Positions 1 to 8,406 of a DNA stretch of 64,000 nt are shown in pieces. A program made the position numbers and the translations under genes. The stretch is from an uncultured virus (IMG/VR IMGVR_UViG_2061766007_002383) (Duplodnaviria; Heunggongvirae; Uroviricota; Caudoviricetes): IMG/VR virus record IMGVR_UViG_2061766007_002383. One strand, 5' to 3'. The notes under the pieces were generated by a model, which saw nothing but the letters and a program-made list of their open reading frames with translations, had not been told where the DNA came from and made no database searches. Position 1 is the first letter of the stretch, and each line of letters opens with the position of its first letter.

Positions 1-125
1 AAGGAAAAAGAAAGTCTGATTTTACTATTTTTATGGCTTTTAAGCCTTTTTTCTAAATTTGCGATACTAGGGATGACTTTATTCTCATCATCTCTAATAA
101 CTTGATTATTTTTAATTAATAACAT
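1..125 (-). CDS. Hypothetical protein, partial (runs off the left edge); begins MLLIKNNQVIRDDENK
   Basis: ATG at 125-123 with an AGGTG RBS at 135-131; the frame stays open to the window edge. Confidence 0.6.
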   Translation of the reverse strand, partial: MLLIKNNQVIRDDENKVIPSIANLEKRLKSHKNSKIRLSFS

Positions 126-179
126 AATTACACCTTAAAATAAGTTGTAGAGATGTTTAAGGCAATCTCTGTGCCGATT

Positions 180-233
180 TCACACAAGGGAATCGAACCC
201 AACTTCAAAAAGAAGTCAAACCATTGAGTGTGA
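180..233 (-). ncRNA. Degenerate tRNA-like element with a canonical T-arm
   Basis: Minus strand reads UCACAC-UCAAUGGUUU-GACUUC UUUUU GAAGUU-GGGUUCGAUUCCC-UU-GUGUGA. It has a closing stem, a D-loop-like AAUGG, one hairpin and a GGUUCGAUUCC T-arm. At 54 nt it is too short for a full tRNA. Confidence 0.5.
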
Positions 234-256
234 TGGAAAAAATGGCTACAAATTGT

Positions 257-697
257 TTAGATAGTAGATATCTTGGCAATTTGTTCTTTATTTATGTTTT
301 CAGTATTATTGCAATATTTGTTAATACTGATAATTTTGTTAACTATTCTTTGATATGCATCATCAAATAGCCTTATACTAATTATGTCATCTTTTGTGAC
401 ATATTTGCCACTTCTCATCCCCATATGAGCATAATCATCAAAAAATGATAGATTTGTTACATATAGAACACCTTTTTCATCTCTACCTATATGTAGGTAT
501 AGGTCACCTAATTGTTCTGATTTGACCACATCTCTGTGTTCATCTTCAGACAATTTTACATAAACATTTCCGACTCTAACAGAGCCATATCCACCAATTT
601 TTTGGAGTTTGCTTTGTTTAGAAACTTTTGTAAGTGCAGTTACGATTTCAGATACTTGACTATGTTGATTTTTAATAATCTCTTTGTTACTTTTCAT
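257..697 (-). CDS. Hypothetical protein (146 aa)
   Basis: ORF with a GGAGA RBS upstream; no recognised motif. Confidence 0.7.
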   Translation of the reverse strand: MKSNKEIIKNQHSQVSEIVTALTKVSKQSKLQKIGGYGSVRVGNVYVKLSEDEHRDVVKSEQLGDLYLHIGRDEKGVLYVTNLSFFDDYAHMGMRSGKYVTKDDIISIRLFDDAYQRIVNKIISINKYCNNTENINKEQIAKISTI

Positions 698-720
698 TTA
701 GAAATCTCCTTAATTAATTT

Positions 721-770
721 TGGTTCTGTCGCATTGTACTGCGATTATAACTGTCAACCAGTCAGAACCA
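721..770 (-). repeat. Structured intergenic repeat, copy A (three-way junction)
   Basis: UGGUUCUG-ACUG GUUGA CAGU-UAUAA-UCGCA GUACAA UGCGA-CAGAACCA. Bases 723-754 match 1697-1728 at 31 of 32 positions. Confidence 0.8.
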
Positions 771-804
771 TCTGATAAAAATAAAAAAGAATGGCAAAAA
801 GCCA

Positions 805-1233
805 TTATAATTCCATTATAAGCATTGCGACTTCTTTCAAAGTCTTTCTGCTTGGTTGTGGGTCTTGCCCCAATAGTAAATTGAGTAACTGTTGTGGGCT
901 TTTTGTAGGTCTTTGGTCAAGGAAAGACTCCATTGCATCCCATAAGGTTCTGATAGCCCCTTTTTGGGCTTCAGATTTTTTAATTAAAGATGGTTTGCCA
1001 TCTTTAATGGTAAAGAGATGTGTAATTTCTTTTTCACCACCCCTAGATACACATAAGTAAAGATGTCCTTCTTCTAATTCGACATCTTCTTTCTTGGATA
1101 AGAAATCACCAATGATTCCAAACCCATTTTTCCCTTGAGATGGATTTAAATCCTTAATCTCTTTAGCATAACTTCTACCACCGAAATCGTAGCCATCAAA
1201 TGGCAATTTATCTTTTTTGAAATTAAACTTCAT
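805..1233 (-). CDS. Hypothetical protein (likely start MKFNFKKD)
   Basis: The GGAGA RBS at 1246-1242 favours the ATG at 1233 over the track start at 1248. Confidence 0.7.
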   Translation of the reverse strand: MKFNFKKDKLPFDGYDFGGRSYAKEIKDLNPSQGKNGFGIIGDFLSKKEDVELEEGHLYLCVSRGGEKEITHLFTIKDGKPSLIKKSEAQKGAIRTLWDAMESFLDQRPTKSPQQLLNLLLGQDPQPSRKTLKEVAMLIMEL

Positions 1234-1269
1234 ATTATCTATCTCCATTAAATTAATTGCTTTTCTGCA

Positions 1270-1308
1270 ATTATATAAGCATCAAAAGTGATTTGGTGCT
1301 TATATAAT
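1270..1308. promoter_or_regulatory. 17-bp inverted repeat with TTATATA boxes on both strands
   Basis: ATTATATAAGCATCAAA-AGTGA-TTTGGTGCTTATATAAT; intergenic. Confidence 0.55.
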
Positions 1309-1324
1309 GGCAAAAATGCCATTA

Positions 1325-1666
1325 TTAGTCGATAGAAACAGAGAATCCATCAATCCAGTTGATGTTTTTGATGGTTTCTCCATTCTTTTTCACTAACTCA
1401 ATTGCTCTTCTAATGCCTTTGTAGTTTCTAATTACAAGGTTTAACAGACTTATGTAATTATCAGAGCGACCTTTAAGGATTTCTGACAATACAAACCCAT
1501 CGTTTAACAATTGAAGACTTGTGTCATCTATAATGTAGATTGCACCATCTACAACAGTAGCACTAGTCTTTGCATATTCATAATCCTTGTTACCATCGAT
1601 TCTGATTACTACAGAGTCGACTGTGATTGGTTGCCCATTTATAACATCAATCATTACTTTGCTCAT
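1325..1666 (-). CDS. Hypothetical protein (likely start MSKVMIDV)
   Basis: GGAGA RBS at 1678-1674; the longer track start overlaps the intergenic repeat. Confidence 0.7.
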   Translation of the reverse strand: MSKVMIDVINGQPITVDSVVIRIDGNKDYEYAKTSATVVDGAIYIIDDTSLQLLNDGFVLSEILKGRSDNYISLLNLVIRNYKGIRRAIELVKKNGETIKNINWIDGFSVSID

Positions 1667-1696
1667 AATATTATCTCCAAAATAGTTATAAAAGTA

Positions 1697-1761
1697 GTTC
1701 TGTCGCATTGTACTGCGATAATAACTGTTAGAATCAGTTACAACTATCTACTAGTCAGAAC
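1697..1761 (-). repeat. Structured intergenic repeat, copy B (four-arm cloverleaf, tRNA-like)
   Basis: GUUCUG-ACUA GUAGA UAGU-UG-UAACUG AUUCUAA CAGUUA-UUA-UCGCA GUACAA UGCGA-CAGAAC. Confidence 0.8.
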
Positions 1762-1767
1762 ATCACG

Positions 1768-1797
1768 AAAAATAAAAAAAAGGGGCTATTTCCCCTT
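1768..1797 (-). terminator. Hairpin plus U-tract terminator
   Basis: AAGGGG-AAAUAG-CCCCUU followed by an oligo-U run, right after the stop of 1796..2167. Confidence 0.55.
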
Positions 1798-2167
1798 AAA
1801 TCTCCCATACACACTTCTCATAACACAAATTACAGTTTCCGAAGTGTTTGCATTCCCTTACATTTGGAAACTCAACGATGTAATCACTATCATCATCATC
1901 ATCACAACAGAATTTTTCTATTGTAGTAGTTTCCGTGATTCTTGCTAGGCAATCGTGATTGTATTTCTTATCAAATAAGAAAATACCTTTCACATTGCTT
2001 TCTGCAGTCTTGATTAGCCTTGCAAGACTAATCGCATCGACTTTATCCAAATCGGAAGTGAATCCGTGGATAAATGAGAATCTTAAACTTGGTACAGTAT
2101 CGTTGTCGAAAAAACCGACTTCGACAATGATTTTTGCTTTATCATTTTCTAACAATAGACCTACCAT
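1796..2167 (-). CDS. Hypothetical protein with a C-terminal Cys cluster (CKHFGNCNLCYEKC), possibly metal or Fe-S binding
   Basis: GGTG RBS before the ATG at 2167; four-Cys motif at the C-terminus. Confidence 0.65.
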   Translation of the reverse strand: MVGLLLENDKAKIIVEVGFFDNDTVPSLRFSFIHGFTSDLDKVDAISLARLIKTAESNVKGIFLFDKKYNHDCLARITETTTIEKFCCDDDDDSDYIVEFPNVRECKHFGNCNLCYEKCVWEI

Positions 2168-2223
2168 AATAAAACACCATATTATCGCTTGTTTTTCATT
2201 CAGACACTTAAAAACAAACAAAA

Positions 2224-2487
2224 TTACCATCGACTGATGTCGATGGCTTTGTTTTGGCACACAGACTGGCAAGGTGTGGAGTCAGTCCAAAAGCCATCAC
2301 AATGATGGCAAGGAGCGACATCTGACACCCCATCTATGTACACAATCTCTGTTGCGACATCAGAATACTCTGATGACACAGAGAAGAAGTTCAACCACTT
2401 AAGACCTTGTGAATGACAAGCATCCACACAAGCACCACAAAGGGTGCAGTTTGAAGAAGTAGAGAAGTAAGTGTCCATAAGAATCAT
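2224..2487 (-). CDS. 4Fe-4S dicluster ferredoxin-like protein
   Basis: CTLCGACVDAC (CxxCxxCxxxC) plus CHHC...PCQSVC.NKAI. Confidence 0.8.
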   Translation of the reverse strand: MILMDTYFSTSSNCTLCGACVDACHSQGLKWLNFFSVSSEYSDVATEIVYIDGVSDVAPCHHCDGFWTDSTPCQSVCQNKAIDISRW

Positions 2488-2639
2488 TTAAATTGTGTAT
2501 CTCCAACCCTTAACAGTTGTTCTGACTCTAGAAGAGTTCAAAATCAAGATACATCTGAAAAAAGAAAAAAAAAGAGATAAATATTAAAATAAAGGTTGTA
2601 GTATCGTTAAATCAAAAAATAGAAGTAAACTTCGCAAAT

Positions 2640-4020
2640 TCCGAAAGAACGATTCTCCACCCTTATTTGAGAAATTTAAAAGATTTCCGAGTTGTTTTAA
2701 TGTGCCACCACCCATTAGCATCCAATTTTTGAGTGCCTTGCTTTCTGGTGACCTTGCAGACCATACTAACCCATTTGCGATGCTTACTGCTCAAATAAGC
2801 ACCGTAGGGATGGAATAAGTCGGATAAGCCACTAGATGTGACTCCGAAGTTGGAGAAAAGGGTGAACCACACAGAGAACCGAAAATCGGTCGCTATCGAC
2901 TATAGTCTGAAAAATAGCCGACTGCTCACATCGTTTTGCACAAAAGAGTGCAGATGACCCATCCGAAACAAAAAACAAGGACATACATCGCTTGTATGCC
3001 GACAAGAGTTCCGAAAAACCCTTGAAAATGCTTTTGGACTGTACACAGAGCCGTGAACATCGTAGTTGCGATTGCTCCCAAGGGCTTTCCCTAGTGTCAT
3101 CCGAAAGAATCGGAATTGATGAGTATCTAGCCCAAACAAGCACACTACGATGTGTGTTGGCTCACTTACCACTATGAATCGACAGTCGACAAGGTTAGCA
3201 ACAAGGATGAAGTAATTTCGCCAAAGCAAGGTTCGACAACTTGCAGATTTGAAAAAACCCCAAAAAGGGGAGTTCGATTCGATATCCACCCACGAATCTC
3301 AAAGAGAATCGCCATCCAAGGGCAGAAACCTAGATTCACTAGCCAACCGACATCAGAAAACTTGTTTTGACCCCATTCCGAAGTGAATGTATCAGAATGG
3401 CAAAAACACGATGAACTCAATCGTTCTTCACCGATTCCAACCCAAAAAATCCGATGTGTCGAATATCGGATGTGGATTGAAGCCAGTTCCGAAAAGAATG
3501 GCTCAAAGATGCCCAAAAAAGCCCAGTCACCCACAGACTTCAGAATCTGTGGAACTAGACAAGCCAAGGACTGTACAAAGCCAGTTGGGGCTAGTTAGCC
3601 ACGAAGACTTCTTCTGAATCGCAATTTTACTCACAGAAGCCCACAAAGGGCAACTGATGTTCCAAAGTCGCTTTGGCAACTGGTAATTGCCGTTGCGACC
3701 CCAAAAAGAGCCGAAAAGCGATTTCATCGCTTATTGCGAAGAATTGACAGTTCTCCACACAAGCCGACTGCTTGAAACATATACACAGTCAGAAGTGGTG
3801 GTTGTCAAGCCACCGACTGTGGTTGGGAGTTATCGCCCCAACGAAGCCCCCTAAAGGGGATTTCGCCGAAGCGAAGTTCTTACATCTGTCGAAAATCCGA
3901 TTTTAGGCGAAGAGAACCACCAATTCGCCCAAAAACGAACACAGACTGCCCACATCGAAGCCTTGCAGTAAGGTTGTTCCGATGCAAAAGCCCAAAGGCT
4001 CTACCCTATAGGCACAGTTC
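2640..4020 (-). ncRNA. Candidate large structured non-coding RNA (boundaries approximate)
   Basis: Visibly GC-richer than the flanks, with no credible ORF and many hairpins. Examples on the minus strand are CAAGGGUUU-UUCG-GAACUCUUG and UUCGC-UUCG-GCGAA. A U-tract lies downstream at 2575-2558. Confidence 0.5.
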
Positions 4021-4684
4021 TAGTACCAACAAACTCAATTCAAAAAGATTGCAAAATTTTTGTGTTTTGCGATTAAATAAGTAATTTCTTTCGTAATCAA
4101 AAAAGTAGTTAATTTCTGAAGTAATTGCTAAAATAAAGACTAAAGCATCTAGTATAGGCAAAATGGAGAGAAAATCAAAGAAAAGAAAAAGAAGCGATGT
4201 TGTGTCTACGATTTCAACAAAGATACACCAAAACTTTCTGAATCACCAAACAAGCCTAGAACAGTACCGAATCAGCAAATGCAGACCATAGACAAAAAAA
4301 GCCAAAAATAATACTTTTTTGCCAATTATTATTACTGAAATTTAATCGATTGTCTGCAGTTGGATTTGCTAAAGTAATTGCTACAGTTTAGATTGACTCT
4401 AAAGAACGATGGAGCATTGAGAAATCAAAAAAATACAGTTATAGATTCAAAAAACAGTTTGCGATGCCTATACTGTATATATTATGTAGGAACTTATTGA
4501 CCTACATTAGCCCCAAAGTAGATACCATTTAAACACATGACAAATCGTGATAAATTCCTGATAAAATCTGTCGAAATGCTTGTATATTTGCAATTTGATA
4601 TAGAGTAAATGACAAATTTACGATGGTTTCGGTCGGTTTTAGGTGTGCCTAAAAAAAAATAGATGGTAGAAAAAAAAAGAAAGA

Positions 4685-5152
4685 TTATGACTTCTTTGCA
4701 AGAGTTAAGACACTACCATCTGCCATTCTTGCATCAGTCCATTTTTTGCTTGTTTTAATTGCCTTGATGGATGCTTCTTCCTTGGCTTGGATAACTGAAT
4801 CAATCCAGTCATCCAATTCATCAACAAAGCCATAAACAACATCCAAATTTAAAATTGAATGCTTTCCGATGGTTTTTGTTGCATCATCGCAATTAAACCC
4901 ATTGAAATTATGGCTAAAGTAGTCTTCTTTTGACTCAAAGCCTAATAAATGGGCTTCAGATTCGCTCAATACTTGCTTATCTTCTTGGATATCGAAAACA
5001 AAGTAATATCCAAGGTTTACGAAATCAAATAAGCCGTGTAGATAAGAATAAATTCCACCGACTTTGTGAACATTGGAGTCAATAGCCCTAAATGTGAGCA
5101 TCTTTGCTCCAGTAATGTATCCGATGTCTTCAGATTCGTGAAAACTTGACAT
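4685..5152 (-). CDS. ASCH/PUA-like domain protein (likely start MSSFHESE)
   Basis: GAKMLTFR...KVG and LSESEAHLLGFESKEDYF resemble ASCH motifs; GGTGA RBS at 5161-5157. Confidence 0.5.
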   Translation of the reverse strand: MSSFHESEDIGYITGAKMLTFRAIDSNVHKVGGIYSYLHGLFDFVNLGYYFVFDIQEDKQVLSESEAHLLGFESKEDYFSHNFNGFNCDDATKTIGKHSILNLDVVYGFVDELDDWIDSVIQAKEEASIKAIKTSKKWTDARMADGSVLTLAKKS

Positions 5153-5180
5153 ATAATCACCTTTTTTGGAAATCCAAGCC

Positions 5181-5429
5181 TTATAATGCTTGGATTTCGA
5201 TTTCAACACCATTTGGAGTTAATATTACCATATCGCCAAGGGTGTTCAAAAATTCACCATCTTCTTCAAAAATTGCTCTAGCAACTTCTACATTGTGGAA
5301 AAATGGATTTACGAGTTCTCCATCTTCTGTTTCAAAATAGAAGCCTAATCCTTTTTGTACTAAAGTCATTTTCTCTTCTGATGCTTTATTTTCGGTTCTT
5401 TTACTTACTATAATTTCCCATTTATTCAT
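5181..5429 (-). CDS. Hypothetical protein (82 aa)
   Basis: ORF with a GGAGA RBS. Confidence 0.7.
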   Translation of the reverse strand: MNKWEIIVSKRTENKASEEKMTLVQKGLGFYFETEDGELVNPFFHNVEVARAIFEEDGEFLNTLGDMVILTPNGVEIEIQAL

Positions 5430-5645
5430 TGTATATCTCTCCTTTTGTGGTTTCTTCTGAAAAAGCCCCTAGGGGGGTTATTTGGCAAAAAGCCGAAATT
5501 ATCATTAAGAACTGGTTCAACCAATGCAAAAATCGGCTCTTTTTTATGTGGTATATTAATAAAACAATTAAAAGCAGGGCTAATACATCCCGAATTTGTC
5601 TGATTCGACAGCATTAGCCTTGAATAGTTAAAAAACATTGTATCC

Positions 5646-6404
5646 TTAATGGATTAAACAAAATATGATTAATCCATTGTTAGAATAACATAATTCGCAT
5701 CCGTGACAGTTTACTGTACAATCGCATTTACGAATGATGTCTGTTTCAACGATACTGTCGTAAAATTCCTTGTCTACAGCAATAAAGGTATTTCCATTGA
5801 GATACAATGGATTAATGGTCTGTGATGCGTTAATAGTTAAATTAGGATGTTCTAAAACTTTTGAAAAATCAAGATTCATTTTACTGTATCCAAAAACCTT
5901 GATATGCTTAGTTTCGGCATCAGAATAAAGCATATCACATAAAACAAGTATTCTGTTGAATAAATCTTCAGTCAAGTCAGATACTTCATTTATTCTGAAA
6001 AATCTCAATCTATTGAGTGGATTCATTCTTTTGTTGGTCGCAAAATGCTTGATTGCATCAAATAAGAATTTTACGGGTGCTAATCTTAAAATAATGCCTT
6101 GAAAAGCCTTATTTACTTTAGTATCATTCCAAGTAAAAGAACCTTTTAAACCGTAACAAGGCACATTACAACGACCAGAAAGCAAAGCAGGGCAATCAAA
6201 GGCATTTCCATTGCTCATTGTGTAAACGAATGATTTTTCTTTGCCATTTTCATCTAAAAATGCGTATTTGCTGTTGTTGTTGTTCATAATGTCCTTAAAA
6301 GTGATGTTATACTCAACAACGATAGCATCCCATTCCTTTTCGGTAAATTCGTCTTGTCTATGTGCGTATTTCCTTACAAATGCTTGTTTTTGTCCTTTGT
6401 TCAT
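5646..6404 (-). CDS. Phage gp88-like (radical-SAM-fold-related) Cys-rich protein
   Basis: DCPALLSGRCNVPCYG, FFRINEVSD, VFGYSK and a C-terminal CxCxxxCxxCxxC match the gene-product-88 family pattern; GGAGA RBS. Confidence 0.6.
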   Translation of the reverse strand: MNKGQKQAFVRKYAHRQDEFTEKEWDAIVVEYNITFKDIMNNNNSKYAFLDENGKEKSFVYTMSNGNAFDCPALLSGRCNVPCYGLKGSFTWNDTKVNKAFQGIILRLAPVKFLFDAIKHFATNKRMNPLNRLRFFRINEVSDLTEDLFNRILVLCDMLYSDAETKHIKVFGYSKMNLDFSKVLEHPNLTINASQTINPLYLNGNTFIAVDKEFYDSIVETDIIRKCDCTVNCHGCELCYSNNGLIIFCLIH

Positions 6405-6930
6405 TTTTCTCTCTCCATAGGGGGAATTTGCTCGAAAAACGCCAAATTATAAGAGATTTGGCGATTCCAAGCCTTCTCCACATAGTAAACTAAAATTGGA
6501 TGTCATCCAATAATAATTTACTATATATTATATTATATTANNNNNNNNNNNNNNNNNNNNNNNNNNNNNNNNNNNNNNNNNNNNNNNNNNNNNNNNNNNN
6601 NNNNNNNNNNNNNNCTATTCAATTCTTCTGAAACTAACTAATTTTTCTTTGTTTTTGAATCTGAAGCCATAGCATTGAGATTGAACCAAAACAAGTCATA
6701 TCAGTAGGTTATAGGTCAATCCAAGCCACCATAATAGAATAAATATTTACTACTTGTAACCCATCCAAACACCGATGTGAAGTGTTTCACATCGACCTAG
6801 CAGCGACAGGATGTAAAAAAGCCAAATAACCGTCCATTTGCAAAAAGAAAGCCAGAAATTGCTTTTTGCTCGTTGTGTAAGACGCAGGTAAATCGATACC
6901 AAAAAATAATATGTGCCAACGGAAGCCACA

Positions 6931-7020
6931 CGATGCCCCAATTGACCAATAGGGCAACCAGAAGCCTGCATTGGAGCAACAGAGCAACGACAATGCTCCA
7001 ATTGACCAATGGGGCAAGGA
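6931..7020. repeat. Two ~25-bp palindromic direct repeats at 60-bp spacing
   Basis: ATGCCCCAATTGACCAATAGGGCAA (6933-6957) and ATGCTCCAATTGACCAATGGGGCAA (6993-7017). Confidence 0.75.
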
Positions 7021-7129
7021 GAAACGGAATTTCGCGAAAATAAGCACTCAAAAGGCTTTTTATTGTTTTGCGTCTGACCTAGTATTTTTGGCAATGTTGG
7101 TTATAGAAGAATGTCTTACATTTAGTGTC

Positions 7130-8281
7130 TTACATCTTTAATAAATCTCCAATTTCAAGAATGTCAAAAATTTCGCTATCTGAAAAAATTACATCTTCTT
7201 TATCGCAAAGTTGAATGAAATCTTTGTTTAAATTTGTTGTAATATAGTTGTTTTTACGAACAACACCATGTTCTTTGCTGTTAAAATCAACATGAATTTG
7301 TAAATCTTTATCTGAATTAATGTATCCTTCAACTATATGTACATTAATTTTGCTATTTAACCCAAAATTAAACCAATAATTATCAAAAAAAGTGTTATTT
7401 AAGTCCCTAATAAGCAAATCTGATGAAAAATAATGATAAGCATCAATAATTTCGCCCCAATTCCAGCAAATAAGGTAAGGTATTGTTTTTCCGCCGTTTC
7501 CCCAGTAATTAAGTCGGTTAGCAAGTACATAATTGCTTAAATTCACCCTTCCAGCCCCAACTACATCAATAACAACCCACTCATCACAATAAAATCCATA
7601 CAAAAACCACCCATTTGCATTTTCTTCCCACTTAAATTTCGTTACAGATGGAGAAACACATACAGGAAAGTGACATCCGCTAAAAAAATCACTTATTTTC
7701 ACTTGGTAATCAATAGGTGCGTCATTAATTAAAGAAGCATGTATTTCACTAATACCTTTATTTACATAGAACATTTGACATAATAATGGATAAATTGCCT
7801 TTTTACCCTGCAAATTATACACCGAAATGACTGATTTTGCATCAAAAACGGTGGTTGGAAGTCGATTAGCCTCTTTTATAAAGTCTAAAAAGTCATATTC
7901 AGAGTAACAAATCTCATAAATTTCATTTTTGAACCTTTCTGGACATTTTAGTGTTGCGACGATTGTATTTAACGAATTTTTAGGTACTTTTTCAACAAAT
8001 TCAAGATTTTCGTAAATTTTTTCGCCAAAAAACGCCAAAATTCCGACATAAAAGCCTGCAATATCGCTAAAATCGTTATTTTTTAGCTTTTTATACACTT
8101 TAAGAATGCCATTTTCATTACCAATTCCAGGCACAAAAATGCCTTGAGCTGCCCCTTTTTTACGATATCTTGTCAATTTTTGACCCCAACCACCCCCTAA
8201 ATCATAAGAAAACCAGTTCATTTCAAAAGGTTTTTCTCCAATTAACTCTCCAATCTCCTTAATTTTGATATTTTTCGCCAT
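7130..8281 (-). CDS. Hypothetical protein with weak resemblance to a degenerate ATP-dependent ligase adenylation domain
   Basis: GGTGA RBS at 8290-8286. VIDVVGAGRVNLSNYVLANRLNY and DLLIRDLNNTF echo ligase motifs IIIa/IV, but there is no KxDG. Confidence 0.45.
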   Translation of the reverse strand: MAKNIKIKEIGELIGEKPFEMNWFSYDLGGGWGQKLTRYRKKGAAQGIFVPGIGNENGILKVYKKLKNNDFSDIAGFYVGILAFFGEKIYENLEFVEKVPKNSLNTIVATLKCPERFKNEIYEICYSEYDFLDFIKEANRLPTTVFDAKSVISVYNLQGKKAIYPLLCQMFYVNKGISEIHASLINDAPIDYQVKISDFFSGCHFPVCVSPSVTKFKWEENANGWFLYGFYCDEWVVIDVVGAGRVNLSNYVLANRLNYWGNGGKTIPYLICWNWGEIIDAYHYFSSDLLIRDLNNTFFDNYWFNFGLNSKINVHIVEGYINSDKDLQIHVDFNSKEHGVVRKNNYITTNLNKDFIQLCDKEDVIFSDSEIFDILEIGDLLKM

Positions 8282-8406
8282 AATTTCACCAGTAAGTAAG
8301 TAATTAATTAATTTCACAATTTATTGCACAATTTCCAGTTTAAAAAGCCGATTATGACTAATAAAATGAAAGAAATGCCGAATAATAGTCCCAAATTCAT
8401 CAAAAA

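Noticed and set aside
180..233. Functional tRNA gene
   Set aside because: Only 54 nt, with no proper D-stem, a 5-nt loop in the anticodon-like arm and a 3-bp T-stem.
721..1761. Hammerhead ribozyme or integron attC sites
   Set aside because: The CUGANGA/GAAA core is absent. The ends are GTT...AAC rather than RYYYAAC...GTTRRRY, and there is no integrase in the window.
2663..3727. Overlapping ORFs on both strands in the GC-richer region
   Set aside because: They overlap each other, lack clear RBSs and have atypical Cys/Ser/Arg/Trp-rich composition. They are best explained as chance ORFs in non-coding sequence.
2640..4020. Group I/II intron, RNase P RNA or rRNA fragment
   Set aside because: I could not find a group II domain V, group I P7 elements or a convincing RNase P P4, and no interrupted gene flanks the region.
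6541..6614. Treating the N-gap as a biological boundary such as a genome end or att site
   Set aside because: It is an assembly gap. It also means the linkage of bases 1-6540 to the rest depends on scaffolding.
6931..7020. CRISPR array
   Set aside because: Only two imperfect repeats, no ATTGAAA(N)-type end and no cas genes; kept only as an unexplained repeat.
6750..7094. Three overlapping minus-strand ORFs
   Set aside because: All three frames are open over the same GC-richer repeat, without convincing starts.
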